A stretch of 20,000 nucleotides of DNA, from IMG/VR virus record IMGVR_UViG_3300042973_000010; one strand, written 5' to 3'. This stretch comes from an uncultured virus (IMG/VR IMGVR_UViG_3300042973_000010). Taxonomy: Duplodnaviria; Heunggongvirae; Uroviricota; Caudoviricetes. Shown one piece after another: positions 13,779 through 20,000 of this stretch. The translations under genes were made by a program, and so were the position numbers. The notes beneath the pieces are model-generated. The model worked only from the letters and a program-made list of their open reading frames with translations, was not told where the DNA came from and made no database searches. Numbering within the stretch: the first letter of the stretch is position 1; each line of letters starts with the position of its first letter.

Positions 13779-13979
13779 ATGAGCCGAGAATATGATGAAA
13801 TGAATGTTGAAAAGTGGGTGAACTTAGAAGATATAGCAGATCATCTAAGTGTCAGCCAAGATACGGTAAGGACATGGATTAAAGAAGGCAAGCTTCCGTA
13901 TTACAGAGCAGGGAAAAGATATAAATTCAAAATATCCGAAGTCGATGAATGGGTTCGGAAGGGAAAAATAAAGGAATAA
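13779..13979 (+). CDS. Excisionase-family (HTH_17, MerR-like) DNA-binding protein
   Basis: 66 aa: LEDIADHLSVSQDTVRTWIKEGKLPYYRAGKRYKFKISEVDEW. GGAGG RBS. Confidence 0.9.
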   Translation: MSREYDEMNVEKWVNLEDIADHLSVSQDTVRTWIKEGKLPYYRAGKRYKFKISEVDEWVRKGKIKE

Positions 13980-13996
13980 TTATAGGAGGACATCAC

Positions 13997-16312
13997 ATGA
14001 GCAAAAAGTATCCCTCGTTAATTACAAAAATAAAAGTCAATAGAGCAACCTTCCATGATGAGCCGATTGAGAAGCTTTCGTTCATTAATTTCTTCTATGG
14101 AAACAACGGTGCAGGAAAATCCTCAATCGCTTATGCTATCAGTGAAAATAATGGTGATAATGACAGTGTTGAATGGGCAGATGGTCGTACTCCAAGTGAT
14201 TATGATGTATTGGTGTATAACCGTGATTTCGTAGAAGATAACTTCTCAAATTATGGTGATCTCCCTGGCGTTTTTATTTTCAATAAAATCAACAAAGACG
14301 TACAGAGCCAGATAGATAAGAAGAGTAAAGAAAAAGATAATCTCAACGAGTCTTTTACGAAGGTACAGGAAGACTGGCATACAAAGAAAGATGGAGTCGG
14401 GACACTTCTTTCAACATTTCAGGACGAGTGTTTCAAGAAAACAGCTAAAGAACGCGCTGCTTTAGATAAGGCACTGGAAGGTAAGAAACAAAAACGAGGA
14501 TTCGTAGAAGCAATACTTTCTGAGAATAATCCTACCGATCATAAATTAGAGGAATTAAAACAGCTTTGTGATGTGGCGTTTGATGCGAATTCTCGGACGT
14601 ATAGTGAGTTTCGCCGGGCAGACAGTTCAACTACATATGGAAAACTCCCAGGAAAAGATCTACTGGCTACAGTTGTAGTCAGCAGTGCCAATACTGATTT
14701 TGCTAAATTCGTAAGGAAAATACAGGCGACCGACTGGGTGCGCCAAGGTTATACACACTTCGTACCGAATTCAGATGGTAAGTGCCCATTCTGTCATCGA
14801 GATCTGCCGACCACATTTGAAGACGATATTCGGAAGTGTTTTGATTCCCAATATCAGGAAAACGTTTCCGAAATAAGTAAGTTCCAAAGTACATATGACC
14901 GGGAAACACGGGGGATTGTTCAGAATCTTGAAGCAAACCTTGGAGACCCTATGCCGGGATTGGACGCCGAGCTTGAAGAATATAAATCAAAGCTGAGTCT
15001 TTTGAAAAGTAAAATTGACATCAATTCCGGGAGACTTGCCGAAAAGGTAAAAGAACCTTCAAAGATTGTTTCACTTGAAGATACGGATTCACTCTTACTT
15101 GAAATTGGCGACATAATAGACATTATCAACAAGAAGATCAAAGCAAACAATGACGTCGTAAATGCCAAAAGAACCAGTAAGACAAAATGTAAGAAGGAAG
15201 CCATTGAGTATTTCGCGTTTTTACTTAAGGACGATATCAAGGATTATATTGCGGAAAAGAAAACGCAGGAAGAAGCTGTAAAAAAACTTGAGGATGAAGG
15301 TCGAAAACTGAAAAAGGCAATCGGAGACCTCACTACGGAAATAGCTGCGCTCAATTTGCAGGTTGTAAATACGCAGGCAGCGGTTGACGGTATCAATAAG
15401 ATTTTAAAGGATTCGGGATTTCAGGGATTTCATATTCGTGAATGTGAAAATAATAAGAATCATTATGAGGTCATCCGTGATACCGGTGAGGTTGCTGAAA
15501 ATCTTAGTGAAGGAGAGCGGAATTTTATAGCATTCCTGTATTTTTACCAGATTGTACGCGGTAGTCAAAGCAGCGAGGAAAAGAAGGACAAGATCGTAGT
15601 CATCGACGATCCGGTATCCAGTATGGATAGCACCGCGCTCTTCCTTGTTAGCGCTATCGTACGGGAAATGATTAACGTCTGCCGAAATAATACGGAATGG
15701 AAAAATCCAAAGGTGCCGGGAAATTACATCAAGCAGATCTTTATTCTGACACATAATGTGTATTTCCACAGAGAAATTACCTACCAGCAGGTCGGATATT
15801 ACGACTGCACCACATTTTATATTATCCGTAAAGCCGGTAATATCTCAAAAGTTCATATATGCGAACGGCCGAAGGACAACGCAAAAACCGAGCTTGAAAA
15901 CTATAATCCAGTGCAAAGCTCTTATGCGGCTTTGTGGGAAGAACTGCGAGATGCCGATACTGTTATTCCGGCGCTCAACATCATGCGCAGAATTCTTGAG
16001 ACGTATTTTTTACAGCTTTGCGGATACGAAGGAACGAGCTTGCGAGAGCAACTTCTCGAAGATCCAGAAAACAGGAAGAATTTTATCAAAGAAGTTCCCG
16101 GAGGAGAGCCAGACATGACGGATTATGAATTGGCATCAACAATGCTCGCCTACATTAATAATCCGAATGGTATTACAGACGGACTGAATTTCGTTGTTGA
16201 AGATTACGATGATGTGAATTTGTATAAGCAAGTGTTCAAACAGATATTTTACGTTATGCATCAGGATCAGCACTATGACATGATGACTGCGGCTGTTAAG
16301 AAGAGAAGTTAA
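13997..16312 (+). CDS. rloC: RloC-like (AAA_13) ABC ATPase with coiled coil, zinc hook and C-terminal HEPN-like domain (771 aa)
   Basis: AGGAGG RBS before the ATG at 13997. Walker A GNNGAGKS, YNRDF, zinc hook CPFC (14783-14794), signature LSEGE, Walker B/D-loop VVIDDPVSSMD, H-loop LTHN, NIMRRILE. Directly upstream of hsdM. Confidence 0.85.
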   Translation: MSKKYPSLITKIKVNRATFHDEPIEKLSFINFFYGNNGAGKSSIAYAISENNGDNDSVEWADGRTPSDYDVLVYNRDFVEDNFSNYGDLPGVFIFNKINKDVQSQIDKKSKEKDNLNESFTKVQEDWHTKKDGVGTLLSTFQDECFKKTAKERAALDKALEGKKQKRGFVEAILSENNPTDHKLEELKQLCDVAFDANSRTYSEFRRADSSTTYGKLPGKDLLATVVVSSANTDFAKFVRKIQATDWVRQGYTHFVPNSDGKCPFCHRDLPTTFEDDIRKCFDSQYQENVSEISKFQSTYDRETRGIVQNLEANLGDPMPGLDAELEEYKSKLSLLKSKIDINSGRLAEKVKEPSKIVSLEDTDSLLLEIGDIIDIINKKIKANNDVVNAKRTSKTKCKKEAIEYFAFLLKDDIKDYIAEKKTQEEAVKKLEDEGRKLKKAIGDLTTEIAALNLQVVNTQAAVDGINKILKDSGFQGFHIRECENNKNHYEVIRDTGEVAENLSEGERNFIAFLYFYQIVRGSQSSEEKKDKIVVIDDPVSSMDSTALFLVSAIVREMINVCRNNTEWKNPKVPGNYIKQIFILTHNVYFHREITYQQVGYYDCTTFYIIRKAGNISKVHICERPKDNAKTELENYNPVQSSYAALWEELRDADTVIPALNIMRRILETYFLQLCGYEGTSLREQLLEDPENRKNFIKEVPGGEPDMTDYELASTMLAYINNPNGITDGLNFVVEDYDDVNLYKQVFKQIFYVMHQDQHYDMMTAAVKKRS

Positions 16313-16376
16313 AGTTTGGATTATCGACAATAGTAATAAAGCAGCTGGTATTGCTGCAACGAATGGAGAATAAATA

Positions 16377-18479
16377 ATGTCAGAACATCAAGTTATAGAT
16401 GCCATGTGGGATGATACCCCGGTAGATGTATCGGAAGAAACAAATATGATCTGGTCTATTGCCAACAAGCTGCGTGGACCATACCAGAGTGACAAATACA
16501 AAGACGTCATCATCCCGATGACGATCATCCGCAGATTTGAATGTGCACTGGAGCCGACAAAGGAAAAGGTTGTCGAGCAGTATGAGAAGAATCCTAATTA
16601 TCCGGAAAAAGCTATGTATCGTATCTCTGGATTTCAGTTTTATAACACAAGCCGTTTCACGCTTGCTGAGTTATGCAATGATCCAGACCATCTGGCAGAC
16701 AATTTCGTATCATACATTCAGGGCTTTTCCTCGAATGTACAGAATATTCTTCTGTCCGAGGCACAGGGGCTGGATTTCAAGAAGCAGATCACGAAGATGG
16801 ACAAGAACAATCGTCTGCTGGCTGTCGTGAAGGCATTTTCAGAACTTGATCTGAATCCACGTACGATTGACAACGTGAAGATGGGATATATCTTTGAGGA
16901 CCTGATTCGCCGTTTTTCTGAGAATGCTGAAGCCGGTGATCACTACACCGGTAGAGACATCATCAAACTGATGGTTAATATTCTTCTGGCAGAGGGCTGC
17001 GACGACATCTTCGATGATGGCAAGGTCATTACAATTTTGGATCAAGCGTGTGGAACAGGTGGAATGCTCTCTACGGGATACAACTTCATCAAACGTTATA
17101 ACCCGACAGCGGATGTACGACTCTTCGGGCAGGAAATCAATCCGGAGTCATATGCGATGTGTCTCGCGGAAATGCTGATCAAGGGACAGAATGAGGAGAA
17201 CATCGTCTATCAGGATACGATGAAGGCAGATCGCTTCCCAGATATAAAAATGCGTTTTGTGCTTGAAAATCCACCTTTTGGACAAGCGTGGGGTGGCAAG
17301 GATGCCGCTGAAGGTGTCGAGAAAGCTGTACAGGATGAGTACAAGAAGGGATTTGACGGGCGCTGGGGTGCCGGGCTTCCGGGATCTGGCGATATGCAGA
17401 TGCTCTTTCTCCAGTCTGCCGTAGACAAAATGGATGATAATTTCGGGCGCTGCGCAATCATTGAAAATGGATCGCCACTCTTTACCGGCGGCACAGCATC
17501 CGGTGAAAGTCAGATCAGGAGATGGCTGCTTGAGAAGGATTTAATTGAAGCGATTATCGCTTTGCCGACGGATCTTTTTTATAACACAGGCATCGCGACT
17601 TATATATGGATTCTCTCGAAAAATAAAAGAGCTGAGCGCAAAGGCAAAATTCAGCTGATTGATGCTTCAAACATTTATCACAAGTTGAGAAAGGCACTCG
17701 GCAATAAACGTAATGAAATAAGTCCGGAAGATCGTACCGTCATTACAAAGCTGTACTCCGATTTCCGCGAAGATGAGAACGTCAAGATTTTCAATAACAC
17801 AGAATTCATTTATCGTGAGTACACCGTAATGCAGCCGCTGCAGAGAAGCTATGCGATTACAGAAGAACGCATCGATGCAATGTTGTCAAAAGGTGCACTC
17901 TCTTCCCTTTATGACGAAGCCAAGGTAAATGAGCTGGAGAACGCTGCAGAGTTGACGGGCAAGGACGAAAAAAAGCTCGACAATTACAGGAAAAACCAGC
18001 CACTCTATGAGCAGATCATTGATACTCTGAAATCATCCGTAAACGATACTGTCTATCCATCACCGGATAAGTTCATGCCTGTGTTGAAAGTCACACTCAA
18101 GGGTGTAACAGATGACAAGAAATTACTCGAAAAAATAGCAGATGGTTTATCTCAGATGGATAAGACTGCGGAAATTCAGAAGGACAAGAAAGGCAATGTC
18201 ATCTACGACAAGGAAACCAAGGACACGGAAATCGTAAAGTGGGATGAGGATATCGACGATTATATGAAGCGCGAGGTTCTTCCGCATGTACCGGATGCCA
18301 AGGCATTTTTTGATGAAGATTTAAGTAAGAAAAAACCGATTATTAAGACCGGTGCGGAGATTCCGTTTACCCGCTATTTCTATAAATATCAGCAGCCGAA
18401 ACCAAGCGAAAAACTGGAGCAGCAGTTTATTGACTTGGAGAAATCTGTCAGTGAACGTATTCAGAAATTGTTTGGATGA
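16377..18479 (+). CDS. hsdM: Type I restriction-modification methyltransferase subunit (N6-adenine)
   Basis: IWSIANKLRG N-terminus, MGYIFEDLIRRF, GDHYTGRD, motif I DQACGTGGML, motif IV NPPF, LFYNTGIATY. Confidence 0.96.
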   Translation: MSEHQVIDAMWDDTPVDVSEETNMIWSIANKLRGPYQSDKYKDVIIPMTIIRRFECALEPTKEKVVEQYEKNPNYPEKAMYRISGFQFYNTSRFTLAELCNDPDHLADNFVSYIQGFSSNVQNILLSEAQGLDFKKQITKMDKNNRLLAVVKAFSELDLNPRTIDNVKMGYIFEDLIRRFSENAEAGDHYTGRDIIKLMVNILLAEGCDDIFDDGKVITILDQACGTGGMLSTGYNFIKRYNPTADVRLFGQEINPESYAMCLAEMLIKGQNEENIVYQDTMKADRFPDIKMRFVLENPPFGQAWGGKDAAEGVEKAVQDEYKKGFDGRWGAGLPGSGDMQMLFLQSAVDKMDDNFGRCAIIENGSPLFTGGTASGESQIRRWLLEKDLIEAIIALPTDLFYNTGIATYIWILSKNKRAERKGKIQLIDASNIYHKLRKALGNKRNEISPEDRTVITKLYSDFREDENVKIFNNTEFIYREYTVMQPLQRSYAITEERIDAMLSKGALSSLYDEAKVNELENAAELTGKDEKKLDNYRKNQPLYEQIIDTLKSSVNDTVYPSPDKFMPVLKVTLKGVTDDKKLLEKIADGLSQMDKTAEIQKDKKGNVIYDKETKDTEIVKWDEDIDDYMKREVLPHVPDAKAFFDEDLSKKKPIIKTGAEIPFTRYFYKYQQPKPSEKLEQQFIDLEKSVSERIQKLFG

Positions 18480-18488
18480 GGTGACGGT

Positions 18489-19782
18489 ATGAGTATAAGA
18501 AAATCCATAGAATGGATTAATAATTTACCTGTAAATTGGTCTGCGGTACAGTTAAAATACTTACTCGCTTCAGAAAACGGTGCAATGAAAGTAGGTCCAT
18601 TCGGGACACAACTATCAGGTAATGATTTCACTGATGAGGGTTATTGGGTTTATAACCAACGGACAGTTGTTAATCAAAATTTTGAAGACAACACTACTTT
18701 TATAAGTGAAGAAAAATATAATTCAATGAAAGGATTCCAGGTAGAAGCGGATGATATCCTGATAACTTCAAGAGGTACTATCGGAAAAATTTGCAGAGTA
18801 CCTCAATCATTTCATAAAGGAATAATTCATCCTTGTATTATTAAATTTCGAATTGATGACAGCAAAATTCTTTACAGTATAGTTAGGTTACTTTTTAATG
18901 AATCCGATATTATTAAAGAACAGCTCCTATACATGAGCAATGCAACTACAATAGATGTGGTTTATAGTAGTTCATTAAAAAATGTATTTTTACCTGTTGC
19001 TCCAATTAAAATGCAACATCAAATTTCTTCCTATCTTGATGCTAAGTGCACTGAAATCGATTCTTTGTCTGCTGATATCCAGTCGCAAATCGATACCCTT
19101 GAGCAGTACAAGCGCTCTGTTATTACGGAGGCAGTGACTAAAGGACTTGATAAAAATGTGGAGATGAAAGACAGTGGATTGCAATGGATTGGGGATATGC
19201 CAGCTCATTGGGATTGTCTTCGCGGAAATATATCTTGAAATACTTACAGAAACCAGTTCGAGAAGAAGATGGTGTCATTACGTGTTTCGTGACGGCGAGG
19301 TAACACTTCGAAGCAATCGCCGGGAAGATGGTTTTACTATGTCCGACAAAGAAATCGGCTATCAGGGCATTGATATAGGAGACCTTGTTGTTCATGGAAT
19401 GGATGGGTTTGCTGGTGCAATCGGAATTTCGGATTCCCGTGGTAAGGGCTCACCAGTTTTGAACGTGCTTGATACGGATCAGAACAAAAAATATATCATG
19501 TACTATCTCAGAAGTATGGCTTATGGTGATGTATTTACCGCTCTTGCAACTGGGATTAGAGTGCGTTCTTGTGATCTTAGGTGGAACAAGCTGGCAGAAC
19601 TAATGTATCCTGTTCCTCCAATTCCTGAGCAAGAACAAATTGTAAACTATATTGATGATACCTTGAGTAAAACAAATTCTCTTATCAAAGAAAAGGAACA
19701 ACAACTTTCTACTCTTGACGCTTATAAAAAATCTCTGATTTATGAATATGTTACTGGGAAGAAGGAGGTGCCGGTTTCATGA
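18489..19782 (+). pseudogene. hsdS: Type I specificity subunit with two apparent 1-nt deletions (about 19227 and 19286); may be an assembly error
   Basis: TRD1, conserved helix LEQYKRSVITEAVTKGL...MKDSGLQWIGDMPAHW, TRD2, then LDAYKKSLIYEYVTGK. Adding one A at 19226-19228 and one T at 19285-19287 gives one continuous frame: ...LRGKYILKYLQKPVREEDGVITCFRDGEVTLR... Confidence 0.85.
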
Positions 19783-20000
19783 GCACTGCAGAAGATAAAG
19801 GAAGAATGGATCGCTTGACTGCATATTCCGATCGCCTTGCAGGTAAGACTTCTGTCCTTTCTGAAAAAGAATACCAGCACTTTATCATGCGTTATCTGGA
19901 GAAGAATAACGGATACGTGATCAGGGATGCCAGGCAATATGATCGCCTGCATGCGATTGATCGGGAGTTACTGTTTAAATTCTTGAATGACACCCAGCAA
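19779..20000 (+). CDS. hsdR: Type I restriction endonuclease subunit, N-terminus (truncated by the window edge)
   Basis: ATGA overlap with the hsdS stop and AAGGAGGT RBS. Open to the window end: MSTAEDKG...LSEKEYQHFIMRYLEKNNGY...YDRLHAIDRELLFKFLNDTQ. Follows hsdM-hsdS. Confidence 0.8.
   Translation, partial: MSTAEDKGRMDRLTAYSDRLAGKTSVLSEKEYQHFIMRYLEKNNGYVIRDARQYDRLHAIDRELLFKFLNDTQQ

Larger units (their letters stand above)
1..20000. mobile_element. Internal segment of a prophage-like/phage-derived integrative element (replication module plus divergent defence cargo); ends not in window
   Basis: Co-oriented DUF2800-DUF2815-PolA-BRO-primase-VRR-NUC-SNF2 gene order typical of Firmicute temperate phages, with a divergent Xis-like HTH/RloC/type I RM block. 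No housekeeping genes seen. Confidence 0.8.

Noticed and set aside
13949..13996. 16-codon N-terminal extension of the RloC-like ORF in the ORF track
   Set aside because: Overlaps the HTH gene, and the AGGAGG RBS supports the ATG at 13997.
16341..16357. GCAGC/GCTGC hairpin between the rloC-like gene and hsdM as a terminator
   Set aside because: Only a 5-bp stem and no T-tract.
19174..19782. Separate 202-aa second hsdS gene, or programmed phase variation
   Set aside because: Its first ~37 residues are out-of-frame sequence. The runs are only 3-4 nt, too short for typical slipped-strand phase variation, and no invertase or inverted hsdS repeats are visible.

Overview
The window lies inside a temperate prophage-like or phage-derived integrative element, probably from a Firmicute (inferred from gene families and strong AGGAGG RBSs). 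No integrase or element end is visible. The left arm (1-11864, minus strand, about 50% GC or higher) is a replication/early module. In transcription order it encodes a sigma-70-region-4-like regulator, two small proteins, a DUF2800 Cas4-like nuclease, a DUF2815 SSB, a small membrane protein, a family A DNA polymerase, a BRO/ANT antirepressor, a frameshifted DUF4406-like gene, a hypothetical protein, a primase-D5 helicase, VRR-NUC and an SNF2 helicase. An intact ISL3 (849-2623, 8-bp target duplication) sits in the centre of a palindrome downstream of the primase. Three copies of a terminator plus TTCCGCTCAAA-N11-TCTCCAGTGG cassette punctuate this arm and are probably promoters for the element's own sigma factor. 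The right arm (12158-20000, plus strand, lower GC) is a divergent defence-type operon: two uncharacterised proteins (OrfA, OrfB), an Xis-like HTH, an RloC-like ABC ATPase-HEPN protein and a type I R-M system (hsdM, hsdS with two 1-nt frameshifts, start of hsdR). The most striking observation is that the C-terminus of OrfA and the N-terminus of OrfB share a 16-aa motif (EQSGGxGKQ[IF]G[YF]VExY), each on an acidic linker. This is the architecture of RHIM/BASS-type amyloid signalling pairs. All calls come from reading the sequence; no searches were run.
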